Part shown: positions 26,662 through 34,652 of the stretch, one piece after another
Numbering within the stretch: the first letter of the stretch is position 1
Layout of the letters: the number at the start of each line of letters is the position of its first letter
Virus record (IMG/VR): IMGVR_UViG_3300037484_000744
Span: 1-49,232 of that record
Strand: one strand, 5' to 3'
Source of the DNA: a virus
DNA length: 49,232 nt
Position numbers and translations under genes: made by a program
The notes under the pieces: generated by a model
The model's input: only the letters and a program-made list of their open reading frames with translations
Told to the model about the DNA's origin: nothing
The model's database searches: none

Positions 26662-27504
26662 ATGGCCTCTGGACTTCAAGCTTTGCTAAACTTGCAACAG
26701 GTGAATGACGCCCACGCTGGCATCGTGCCTGCGATCCCCGGGCCAAACCTCGTACTCATCAGCAATGACGACGGGGACGCAGTGGATTGGCTGGACCTGG
26801 CCGACTTCACTACCGGGCCCACGGGGCCGACGGGTGCCACAGGCCCGGCCGGCGCGGACGGCGTTATGAACGCGCCCGCCGACCCGGGCGAGAACGGCTG
26901 CATCCCGCACGGGGCCTCAGGCGATTTGGCGTATAGCGCGGACCTGGTTTGGAGCGGCGGCGTGCTGTCAGTAGCCGGGCAGGTGTACGTTACCGAGGTG
27001 GTCGGTGAGGCTTCCACCCCGGGGCTGCACCTAGATAACTCAGAAGCCGCGCTTGTGGGCGTGCAAGTACAGCGAAGCCCCGCACTGCGTTTCACCGGTA
27101 CTGCGTGGGACACGGACGACTCGTTATCGCGCGCTGCGAACATGCACTTGCAACTTGTGCCTGTAGCCGCGAACGTGCCGTCGTGGGAACTGTGCGTGTT
27201 CGGCAATGCGGCGGGCGATGAGCTCGCACTCAGCATCGGACAAGCTGGGCCGGAAGGCGGCACGACTCTGCCGAACTTCACGCCGTTGTCCGCCCGCAAC
27301 TTTGCGGACAACGGCGATATTCTCATTGCCATGGTGGACGACAATAATCACGTCCGCATTGGCGGCGCGTACCTGTACGACCCCGATACCAACGGCCGGC
27401 ACTACGATGGTGGCACGCCCGTAGGTGTGCCGAGCGCTGCCGGCATGGCCGACTTAGCGGCGGTGAAAGCCGCACTCGTAGCGGTTGGGATCTTCCAAGC
27501 ATAA
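26662..27504 (+). CDS. Tail fibre protein with a short collagen-like G-X-Y run
   Basis: GPTGPTGATGPAGADG at residues about 52-67. Confidence 0.65.
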   Translation: MASGLQALLNLQQVNDAHAGIVPAIPGPNLVLISNDDGDAVDWLDLADFTTGPTGPTGATGPAGADGVMNAPADPGENGCIPHGASGDLAYSADLVWSGGVLSVAGQVYVTEVVGEASTPGLHLDNSEAALVGVQVQRSPALRFTGTAWDTDDSLSRAANMHLQLVPVAANVPSWELCVFGNAAGDELALSIGQAGPEGGTTLPNFTPLSARNFADNGDILIAMVDDNNHVRIGGAYLYDPDTNGRHYDGGTPVGVPSAAGMADLAAVKAALVAVGIFQA

Positions 27505-27526
27505 AAAGAAAGCTGGGCTTTACTAA

Positions 27527-27847
27527 ATGCGCAAATTCGCAACAGCACTATCCGTTCCTTCCACGGACACGACGTTCCCTGCTACACCGCAATTTATAAT
27601 CGGCTCGGCCGTTAGGCCAACCCCCGACTACAATACGCGGTACGGCCTAGTGCTCATGTGGCGAACGGGCGTGCGGGTTATCTACTCCTTCGACGGTGCC
27701 ACCGACCACGGCGATCTAGAGGAAGACCTATTGTCGCAAGGGCTGTCCTTCGATCGACTGCCAATTCCATTTGGCGCGATCTGGTTCCGCGTAGCGAGCG
27801 CCACTACGTCAACCGTGCGCGTGGAGGCGTTTAGGCAGGACCCATGA
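27527..27847 (+). CDS. Hypothetical protein (106 aa), locally lower G+C
   Basis: Preceded by an A-rich spacer; ATGA-coupled to the next gene. Confidence 0.5.
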   Translation: MRKFATALSVPSTDTTFPATPQFIIGSAVRPTPDYNTRYGLVLMWRTGVRVIYSFDGATDHGDLEEDLLSQGLSFDRLPIPFGAIWFRVASATTSTVRVEAFRQDP

Positions 27848-28611
27848 CCAACTTTCTCGGGCGGCCAGCAGACGCGTTCCTGGACCGCGCGCGCGGCGGC
27901 GGATGGGCGCCGTCGGACTTCTCCGGCCTCGTGCTCTGGCTCGACAACACGCTCATCACGGAGGCCGGCGGCAAGAACACCGCTTGGCCAGACCTGAGCG
28001 GATTGGGCAATCACGGCGTCCAGGCGAACCCATCGCTACAGGGCGACTACGAGGCACTGGGCTGGAACGGCGCGCAGCCAAGCGTGCACTTCACGGCGGC
28101 GAGTGAGCACGTGATCGAAGCGAATGGCTGCGCGGCTGGCTTTAGTGGCGATGATACGCCGTGGACGATCACCTGGACGGCGCAGCGCACGGCGGCGGAA
28201 AGTGCGGGAGAGATTTACGTGCTCGGACTAGGGCGCGCCTCGACCGGCACACCGGCCGTGCGCACCGGTCAAACCGCTGGCCGCTGGTCCCTGAGTTGCC
28301 GCGACGACGCAGGTACCGAAGAAACTTGTCTGGGGGCCGCGGGTAGCTCTCTAGTAACTACCCGTCACCAATTCACGGATCATTTCGACGGCACCACGCG
28401 TTCGTTGTTTGTCGACGGAGCCCTCGTTGCCTCTAACACGACAACACTCGGCGCAATCACGTTCGACCGATTCTATCTGGGCCACTGGCGCACAGTATCC
28501 GGCTACAACTTCCGTACGCCCGGCATGACGATCTACAACCGCGCGCTCACTGCGCCGGAGCTCGCGCTGCTCTGGCAATACAACCGCGATCACTTTGGGG
28601 GACTGCCATGA
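27844..28611 (+). CDS. LamG/concanavalin-A-like lectin-domain protein (probable receptor-binding protein)
   Basis: LVLWLD...GLGNHG...LFVDG...IYNRALTAPEL pattern typical of Laminin_G_3-type phage proteins. Confidence 0.6.
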   Translation: MTNFLGRPADAFLDRARGGGWAPSDFSGLVLWLDNTLITEAGGKNTAWPDLSGLGNHGVQANPSLQGDYEALGWNGAQPSVHFTAASEHVIEANGCAAGFSGDDTPWTITWTAQRTAAESAGEIYVLGLGRASTGTPAVRTGQTAGRWSLSCRDDAGTEETCLGAAGSSLVTTRHQFTDHFDGTTRSLFVDGALVASNTTTLGAITFDRFYLGHWRTVSGYNFRTPGMTIYNRALTAPELALLWQYNRDHFGGLP

Positions 28612-28988
28612 GCCATGGGTATCACGGACCGAATGAGAACTCGCGCCACGATCTAGCGACCATTCTCGACAAGGCGTGGTTGTACCCGCAGATTGGCCAG
28701 CACGTCGGCTCGCGCGCGGCGGAGGGCCCGCCGATTCAGGCGACGTGGTACGGCGAAGGTCCCGTGCCGTTCGGGCACGCGAGTTATTTCTCCTATCGCA
28801 CCGACGCGGAGGAGATTATCTGGCTGCCTGAGCTGGAGGGGCCAAACGAGCTCGCGCGCCTCACGCCCGGAGAGCAAGGCCTGCTCACAGCCGCGCGGGC
28901 GCAGACAGAGGAGCACGGACCGCCCGAGGAGAACCCTGCGCCGAACGCGAACGCGAACGCCGCCGCAACCACGGGGCGCGCCAAGTGA
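28608..28988 (+). CDS. Hypothetical protein (126 aa)
   Basis: ATGA-coupled start. Confidence 0.5.
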   Translation: MSHGYHGPNENSRHDLATILDKAWLYPQIGQHVGSRAAEGPPIQATWYGEGPVPFGHASYFSYRTDAEEIIWLPELEGPNELARLTPGEQGLLTAARAQTEEHGPPEENPAPNANANAAATTGRAK

Positions 28989-29323
28989 ACACACCCACCA
29001 TCCCTCCTCCCCCGCGCGCTCCCACGGGCGTGCACTTCTCTGGCCACGGCGTGCGCTTGCAACTCCCAGGAGTGCTCGTGACCGCCATCGTGGCGGCGCT
29101 GGCGTCCGGCGGCGTGTCCCTCGCCACGCGCGCGGAGCCCGTGCCGGCGGACGTACGCGCGCTCACGATGGCAGTGGACGGGCTGCGTTCCGAGGTGGCG
29201 CAGCTACGGGCGCAGCAGGTCGCGACGCTGGACCGCCTCGACAAGGCCGAAACCGAGTCGTCCTTGCGCGCCATCGAGCTCGCGCGCGTTCAAGGGCGGC
29301 TGGACTCCGTTACGCCGCGCTAG
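28985..29323 (+). CDS. Membrane-anchored coiled-coil protein (i-spanin-like architecture)
   Basis: GTGA-coupled start; Pro-rich N-terminus; TM segment LPGVLVTAIVAALASGGVSL; then a heptad-like helix. Confidence 0.5.
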   Translation: MNTPTIPPPPRAPTGVHFSGHGVRLQLPGVLVTAIVAALASGGVSLATRAEPVPADVRALTMAVDGLRSEVAQLRAQQVATLDRLDKAETESSLRAIELARVQGRLDSVTPR

Positions 29324-29511
29324 GCCACGCCCGGCAGCGCCAACTGACGACGGCGCCATCGGCCGTGATGCCCTTGCCACTGGAACCGGTGGCGTGGACA
29401 GCGGCAGGACGCGTGTCGCGTGCGGTGCCCGCAGCGGCGCCAGTACGTGCGGCCACCGGGCAGCAACGCCTCCAACCAACCGCCCTCACACCGCACCGCC
29501 GGTAGCTTCAC
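29320..29511 (-). CDS. Possible 63-aa Cys/His/Trp/Arg-rich protein
   Basis: GTG overlaps the methyltransferase TGA (GTGA); GC3-rich; its stop shares CTAG with the convergent gene. Confidence 0.3.
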   Translation of the reverse strand: MKLPAVRCEGGWLEALLPGGRTYWRRCGHRTRHASCRCPRHRFQWQGHHGRWRRRQLALPGVA

Positions 29512-30389
29512 GCCGCCCACCCCTCGGCGCGGCGCAGGGGCAACGGCGCCAGGCCCACCTGGTTGGCAACGTGCAGCGCGTCCGCCAGGCGCCGGAGGGC
29601 GCGCGCGTGCGTCTTGCGTTCGTGCTTCTTGGGCGGCTTTGCAGTGGCGGCGGATGCCTCCCGCACCCACCGCTCGGCCCACAGTTGGGCCCGCACCCGG
29701 TCCCGGTCGGAAAGGGACGCCACGACGCGCAGGGCGCCCGCCTCAGCCCAGCACTCCTGGAGCTCGACGCAGAGGGCGCCCCTACCCAAAAGCCTCGCAG
29801 CGAGGCCCGTGGTGCAAGCGCCGGCCGTGAGGTCCAGCACCATTTCACCCGGGTCGGAAAACCAGGACACGATGCTGAGCATGAGGTCCAACGGTTTCTC
29901 CGTCGGGTGCTTCTCGGCGCCGCGCAGGGACTTCTCTTCAAAGCTTACAAGAGAGCCGGGGCCGTTCCAGTGCATGCGCCCCGCGCCTGCGTTGTGGCAC
30001 GTGACCACGTCCTCGCTACCGGATGTAGGGCGGTCCCCCGACTTCTGCGGTTGGCTCCACCGAACCCAGGGCACGGTACGGACGTATCGCGCACCGGCGC
30101 CGGTGGCCGCGTCCCGCCACAGGTGTGAACTCTCCTTGTCCGTGAACAGCACGGACCACCGTTGCACGTTGGCCGCGGCGATGGCGATGCGCTCCCTAAG
30201 CAAGTCGTCCAGTGGGTCGAAACCAAAGTCGCGCTTGCGCGTTCCTACGCCACCGGTGCCGGCGCTGGTAGCGTTGCTGTGCACGTGCGGACTGTACGGC
30301 GCATCCGTTGCCAGCAGGTGGAAGTGCTTGTCCAGGTCCAGCGACAGAAAGCGCGAGTCCGCGCAGATGACATCGACGGACGGGGTCAT
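29508..30389 (-). CDS. DNA methyltransferase (N6_N4_Mtase family, beta-class order; N6-adenine or N4-cytosine)
   Basis: Motif IV LLATDAPYS, HPTEKP, and motif I VLDLTAGACTTG; ATG at 30389 is coupled (ATGA) to the upstream gene. Confidence 0.85.
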   Translation of the reverse strand: MTPSVDVICADSRFLSLDLDKHFHLLATDAPYSPHVHSNATSAGTGGVGTRKRDFGFDPLDDLLRERIAIAAANVQRWSVLFTDKESSHLWRDAATGAGARYVRTVPWVRWSQPQKSGDRPTSGSEDVVTCHNAGAGRMHWNGPGSLVSFEEKSLRGAEKHPTEKPLDLMLSIVSWFSDPGEMVLDLTAGACTTGLAARLLGRGALCVELQECWAEAGALRVVASLSDRDRVRAQLWAERWVREASAATAKPPKKHERKTHARALRRLADALHVANQVGLAPLPLRRAEGWAA

Positions 30390-30766
30390 GCCGGCACCGA
30401 ACCCACGCATGCCTCGCACACCCCATCCCCACGTACACGATGGGTGCTGCCGCACAGTTGGCACGCCTGTTTGGCCGGAGGCGGATTGCGCTCCCCGAAC
30501 GCCGCGCGCAACGCACGAAAAACCAAGTCGTGCGCGTAAAGGCGCTGCCGCGGGAAGTTCAGCACCGCGCCGCGGCGCAGCACCTTCTTGACTTGCGCGG
30601 TTGCGATCTCCCGCACGGTGGCACCGAACCCGCCCACCTTGGAAAACAGGTACTCGTAATTACCGCGCGCCGAGTCCCCGCCCACGTTGTGGATGATGCC
30701 CTCGGACAGCACGCGGGCGCGGGTGCTGTCCCCGCCCGGCCACAGTTCGATCTTGATGTAGATCAC
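30386..30766 (-). CDS. Hypothetical protein (126 aa) with a C-terminal zinc ribbon
   Basis: GTG start coupled by GTGA; CQLC...CEAC near the C-terminus; the long upstream extension of ORF 30386..31204 looks non-coding. Confidence 0.5.
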   Translation of the reverse strand: MIYIKIELWPGGDSTRARVLSEGIIHNVGGDSARGNYEYLFSKVGGFGATVREIATAQVKKVLRRGAVLNFPRQRLYAHDLVFRALRAAFGERNPPPAKQACQLCGSTHRVRGDGVCEACVGSVPA

Positions 30767-30942
30767 AGCCGCACCACTGCCGGGACGTGCCCGCCCCACA
30801 ATTCCCAACCGCGGCGCATTGTCGAATCGGCGGACGTGCCCCACACGCGCTGCCCGGTCCCCACCGGGCTGTCGTGTAGTACTGCAAAGAACCCATGTAC
30901 GAGGGCAGGGCGCACTACGAAATACGGGCCGGTGACTTTCAT
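30763..30942 (-). CDS. Possible 59-aa protein
   Basis: Below the track cutoff; ATGA-coupled at its start and GTGA-coupled at its end (MKVTGPYFVVRPALVHG...). Confidence 0.35.
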   Translation of the reverse strand: MKVTGPYFVVRPALVHGFFAVLHDSPVGTGQRVWGTSADSTMRRGWELWGGHVPAVVRL

Positions 30943-32216
30943 GCCGCACCTCGCATTGCTTCGATCGCCGCGCGCACACGTTCAACGCCAACGGTCGCGC
31001 GGAAGTCCTCGCCCCATTCACGGTGGAGCGTGACGGCCTGCAGGCGCTGCAGCGCGTTGTAACCCTTCCACGCATGCCACGCGTCCTTACCCGCGAGTGT
31101 GTTGAAGCTCTCCCACAACATGCCGCCGTACTCCGCAGCGTTGCGGCTGTGCACATGGCCCGACCACCCAAAACGGAACTTGGTTTGGGAGATCCACTGC
31201 GCACCCTGGGCTAGCATGACTTGGGGTAGCTGTTCCGGCTTGGCGCCATCACCATGGCACCACATCACTAGATTCCGTCCGAACAAGTCGAACTGATAGA
31301 ACTTGTGCGCTTCCTCGATATATACACGTGGTTCGTTCCGGAAGTAGGCGCGCAGCACCTCCGCCAACCACAAGCTTTGTTCGGGGTCGTGGTTGCCCCG
31401 TAGCGTGCGGAATGCAACGCGCTCATGTTTCAGGAGTGCGGCTTCCACGAGAGACACCCCGATGCCGATGCCCACGCGCACCACCTTGCCATAACGCCCA
31501 TCCACATCCAGGGAGTTGCCGCTCGCTGGCGTGGTAGCGCGTGTGTTCTGCGCATGCCACCAGTCGCCTAGGTTGGTGACCTCAGCGGTGCGGGATGCCG
31601 GGCTGCGTGCCACCAACTGCCGCACGCATTCGGTGAGTTCCGTGGAAGCGATCTTCAAGTCGAAGCTTTCCCCCACCTCCTCGCCCCACGCCAGCATGCC
31701 AACGTGCGCATCACCGATGGGGTAGTACGTTTTCAGGTCGTCCAGGTTGTGCGCAGGGACGGGTAGCGGCTCCGCGGGACGCACGTGGTTAGCGACGAAG
31801 TCCAGCACCGCCGCACGTGTGGCGGCCTCGCGCGCGGCGCGTTCCTCGTCATGCGCCGTCCACCGCAGTACCTCCAGGCCATTGCGCTGCAGCGTGGACA
31901 CGCGTGTGACGTGCAGATGGTCCGGGATCGGCTCCGGCTCCGTGAGGGGAAGCCCCGTCTTGTCCCACCGCAGCGTGCCATCTTCGTCAGCGGTGCGAGT
32001 GCTCTGCGCTTTGAGCTCCAGGCCCTCGTGCACGTGCGCGGGCGTGGTGGCCTCGGGCTTGCCTGCCCGCCCCATGCGCCTCCAGTGCCGCACCCGGCTT
32101 TCGAGCGCTTCTAGCGCCACGCCTAGTTCCTCTGCTACCTCGCGCTGCGTTCTTGTTTCCAGCTCGCTAAGCACGTACTCGCGTTCGGCCGGCGTCCAGA
32201 TGCGTTTTTTGGTCAT
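30939..32216 (-). CDS. Calcineurin-like metallophosphoesterase (Mre11/SbcD-like motif set) with an N-terminal HTH-like segment
   Basis: Motifs in order: GDAHVG, NLGDWWH, GNHD, CHGDG, GHVH. Confidence 0.8.
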   Translation of the reverse strand: MTKKRIWTPAEREYVLSELETRTQREVAEELGVALEALESRVRHWRRMGRAGKPEATTPAHVHEGLELKAQSTRTADEDGTLRWDKTGLPLTEPEPIPDHLHVTRVSTLQRNGLEVLRWTAHDEERAAREAATRAAVLDFVANHVRPAEPLPVPAHNLDDLKTYYPIGDAHVGMLAWGEEVGESFDLKIASTELTECVRQLVARSPASRTAEVTNLGDWWHAQNTRATTPASGNSLDVDGRYGKVVRVGIGIGVSLVEAALLKHERVAFRTLRGNHDPEQSLWLAEVLRAYFRNEPRVYIEEAHKFYQFDLFGRNLVMWCHGDGAKPEQLPQVMLAQGAQWISQTKFRFGWSGHVHSRNAAEYGGMLWESFNTLAGKDAWHAWKGYNALQRLQAVTLHREWGEDFRATVGVERVRAAIEAMRGAA

Positions 32217-32274
32217 GATTTCGTGTCACCTTCCTGAAACGCACGTGAGCGTATTCGCTGAACATTCGTGATCC

Positions 32275-32562
32275 GTGGCGGGACTTCCTGCCGCAGTGCG
32301 ACAGTTGTCCGCACTCTCTGAGATCCAAAGCTTGCTGGCTGGAGAGCTGCAGCGCCGCGTTGCGGAACTGGACCGGCCGCTCACCGGCGAAGACATCGTC
32401 ACGCGCGTGCTGGCATTACGTCCGGGCACCCCTGTTGCTAGCATACGCTCCGACATTTCCCGCGGGTACCGCAGCGGGTTCCTGAAACTGCACGGAGACG
32501 TAAGGAACGGCGGCACGTACACGCTCGGGCGTTCGGGCACGCGGATGCGCAAGGTGGGCTGA
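32275..32562 (+). CDS. Winged-helix-like DNA-binding protein; lone opposite-strand gene (candidate regulator)
   Basis: GTG start; globular, GC3-rich translation ending ...NGGTYTLGRSG. The antisense ORF 32226..32588 is Ser/Arg/Pro-rich and looks spurious. Confidence 0.55.
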   Translation: MAGLPAAVRQLSALSEIQSLLAGELQRRVAELDRPLTGEDIVTRVLALRPGTPVASIRSDISRGYRSGFLKLHGDVRNGGTYTLGRSGTRMRKVG

Positions 32563-32563
32563 G

Positions 32564-32782
32564 TCATCGGGCCTCCTGCCACCAACACGACTCGGTACTA
32601 CAGCGGAATGTCACAGGCCGCCCGGCGAGCACGCCATCGCACACGCTGTGTTCGCCATTCCAACACTGATAGTAGCCGATGCCCATGCGCGCGGCGAACT
32701 CGGCCTGTACCACGCGTTGGGAAGCGTAGTCCTCCTCTGACATGCACGCGCACAGGAGGAGCGCCAGCAGGGCGCGCTTCAC
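32564..32782 (-). CDS. Small Cys-rich lipoprotein (lipobox LLLC)
   Basis: GTG start coupled (GTGA) to the oxygenase stop; VKRALLALLLCAC signal; six further Cys in the mature part. Confidence 0.5.
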   Translation of the reverse strand: MKRALLALLLCACMSEEDYASQRVVQAEFAARMGIGYYQCWNGEHSVCDGVLAGRPVTFRCSTESCWWQEAR

Positions 32783-33723
32783 TCGTACACCCGTGAGCGC
32801 GCAAGGCGTTCTTTGAGCCACTCGCCGACGGTCGCCGGGCGCCACGTGTTCTCCACCGTTTGCCCGCCGCGCGCGCTAGTCATCGGCAACCGCGCCGCGT
32901 GCGACGGCATAGCGAAGTAAACGATCGACTGCTGAGTGTACGGCCGCGCCGGCACGCGGTGAGGGGTCGCCGGGCCGAGGCCTACGAGCTCGCCGATTTC
33001 GCCGATGTGCAAGCCGGGGGACATGCGCATCGCCTCTTGCACGAGGCGCCGCTGTTCGGGCGAATAACCGCGCGTGTCTAGGGCGCTACCGATCCCGAAG
33101 CATGACGAGTCCGCCTCGGGCAACACTTCGCCGCACCGGTTACACGAGGGTGGTGTCGAGTCACCAAGTCCGCCCAAGTCGTGCGCAAGATACTTGCCGG
33201 CTTTGATTCCGATCTGCAAATCCTCGAGCGTGCTTCGGTAGCAAACGATCGTAAACAGATCGAAGTCCGTGTGCTCCGGCTGAAACCCACCCGACTGGTA
33301 CTCGAGTACGCGCAACGTGCCATCTTCGGGGCGGGGGTAATAGGCGTCCGGCACGTCGAGCGCCGTCGCCACTTTGCACGCCTCCCAGTGCGCGCGGGCC
33401 AAGTAGGCGCGGGCCCACTCCGGGGGGTTGTACTTTTCCGCCACGTGAAGATAACGCGCGGTGTCGGGCGCGACGTTCGGTACGCGGCCGCTATCGGCGC
33501 ACGTTGGGCACACCAGCGGTGGATCGTAACCGTGGCCGTTGCACGTCGCGCACTCCCGCGTATCCCCGTTCGGCGCCTCCTTCACGGCGGGGCGATAGCC
33601 GGGGTACACGGGCGCGCCCGCGCCTTGCCCGCCGGCTTCATCATCGCGAGCGAACAAGGTCGCGAGGCGTGCGTGGTCTTGCGCATTTAAAATCATTTGC
33701 CCGCCTTTCGTGGGCGTGTACAT
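32779..33723 (-). CDS. 2OG-Fe(II) oxygenase-superfamily protein with an inserted zinc-finger module and a Cys-containing insertion
   Basis: RBS AAGGAGACC precedes the ATG at 33723. LRVLEY...PEHTDFDLFTIV supplies H-x-D, and LHIGEIGELV...ATPHRV supplies the distal His. SIVYFAMP follows, with Gln where Arg is usual. CATCNGHG...CPTCADSG lies near the N-terminus. Confidence 0.7.
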   Translation of the reverse strand: MYTPTKGGQMILNAQDHARLATLFARDDEAGGQGAGAPVYPGYRPAVKEAPNGDTRECATCNGHGYDPPLVCPTCADSGRVPNVAPDTARYLHVAEKYNPPEWARAYLARAHWEACKVATALDVPDAYYPRPEDGTLRVLEYQSGGFQPEHTDFDLFTIVCYRSTLEDLQIGIKAGKYLAHDLGGLGDSTPPSCNRCGEVLPEADSSCFGIGSALDTRGYSPEQRRLVQEAMRMSPGLHIGEIGELVGLGPATPHRVPARPYTQQSIVYFAMPSHAARLPMTSARGGQTVENTWRPATVGEWLKERLARSRVYE

Positions 33724-34124
33724 GTGGTCTCCTTTGCGGGCAACTCGCTACCCATTGCAGTTAGAACGCGGTCGAGTGCCTCCGCAACTTGTGCCCAGTG
33801 CTCGCCATCGTTGTGCCAGGTGACCGGGTCAGCCAACACCTGCGCGAACGCCAACGCCGGCATGTCGCCGCGCGCTTCGTTGCACGCGGCGCAGCACGTG
33901 ACTAGGTTGCTGTGGTGGTTGCTGCCACCGCGGGTGCGCGGTAGCACGTGGTCCAACGTAGCCAGGCGCGGGCGCCTGCGCGAACCGAGACCCGCGGGCG
34001 GGGCAACCAGCGCCAAGCACCAAACGCAACGGTACCCATCGCGGGCGTAAATACGCAGACGCTTGGCTTTGCGGATCCACTTGGACCCATGGCCGTGGTT
34101 GCCGGCGTCAACACCGCGGCTCAT
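33693..34124 (-). CDS. HNH endonuclease
   Basis: RIYARDGYRCVWC...LDHVLPRTRGGSNHHSNLVTCCAACN; ATG at 34124 is coupled by ATGA. Confidence 0.85.
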   Translation of the reverse strand: MSRGVDAGNHGHGSKWIRKAKRLRIYARDGYRCVWCLALVAPPAGLGSRRRPRLATLDHVLPRTRGGSNHHSNLVTCCAACNEARGDMPALAFAQVLADPVTWHNDGEHWAQVAEALDRVLTAMGSELPAKETTCTRPRKAGK

Positions 34125-34228
34125 TGGAGCACCATGGCCGCAGTCGCTGCGCCGTACCAACCGACGGCGACCAACATGCCCCACCCGAACAGGGTTAGGA
34201 TCGCGTCGTACGGATCGAAAGGTGTCAC
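34121..34228 (-). CDS. Possible 35-aa single-TM peptide
   Basis: GTGA- and ATGA-coupled; VTPFDPYDAILTLFGWGMLVAVGWYGAATAAMVLQ. Confidence 0.3.
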   Translation of the reverse strand: MTPFDPYDAILTLFGWGMLVAVGWYGAATAAMVLQ

Positions 34229-34425
34229 GTTGCCCACCACAGCGAGGCCAGCGCGCCAGCAACGGTCAACGTGAAGCACAGTGCGAGCAGCACGCCAAGG
34301 GTGAGGGTGCGATCCTTGGCCGCGGCGAGCTCCTCGCGAAGTTGGCAGATCTCGATCTCCTGTGACAGCCGTTTAAGGTCCGTACCTACCGGGGGCGGTG
34401 GCGGAATCGGCACGCAGGGCCTCAT
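34225..34425 (-). CDS. Hypothetical tail-anchored membrane protein (66 aa)
   Basis: ATGA-coupled start; coiled-coil segment followed by LGVLLALCFTLTVAGALASLWW. Confidence 0.45.
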   Translation of the reverse strand: MRPCVPIPPPPPVGTDLKRLSQEIEICQLREELAAAKDRTLTLGVLLALCFTLTVAGALASLWWAT

Positions 34426-34652
34426 TCGTACACCCACGTACCCGGCTTATGCGCCCGGCATCCCTCGCAATCGCAAGGCGAACCGCCAAACGTGCCCGCC
34501 GGCGTTCGGCTTAGCCGGCTTTGCTTGGCTAGCCGGCACATGATGCCGGACACCGTGGCCGGGTGCGCCTTGATTTCCCGCGCCACGTCGGACGCGGACA
34601 CCGGGATGGGTGCACCACTTACGCTCGCAATTATTCGTTCGGTGAGAGTCAT
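34422..34652 (-). CDS. Small winged-helix/HTH-like DNA-binding protein
   Basis: SASDVAREIKAHPATVSGIMCRLAKQ resembles a MarR/wHTH recognition unit; C-terminal CDCEGC. Confidence 0.5.
   Translation of the reverse strand: MTLTERIIASVSGAPIPVSASDVAREIKAHPATVSGIMCRLAKQSRLSRTPAGTFGGSPCDCEGCRAHKPGTWVYE

Noticed and set aside
25516-28611. Possibility of a diversity-generating retroelement targeting the fibre/lectin genes
   Set aside because: I found no reverse transcriptase gene and no template/variable repeat pair anywhere in the genome.
32226-32588. Minus-strand ORF (120 aa) that would keep the whole block on one strand
   Set aside because: Its translation is Ser/Arg/Pro-rich and not globular. 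The plus-strand ORF 32275..32562 has GC3-rich codons and a winged-helix-like sequence. The choice remains testable by RNA-seq.
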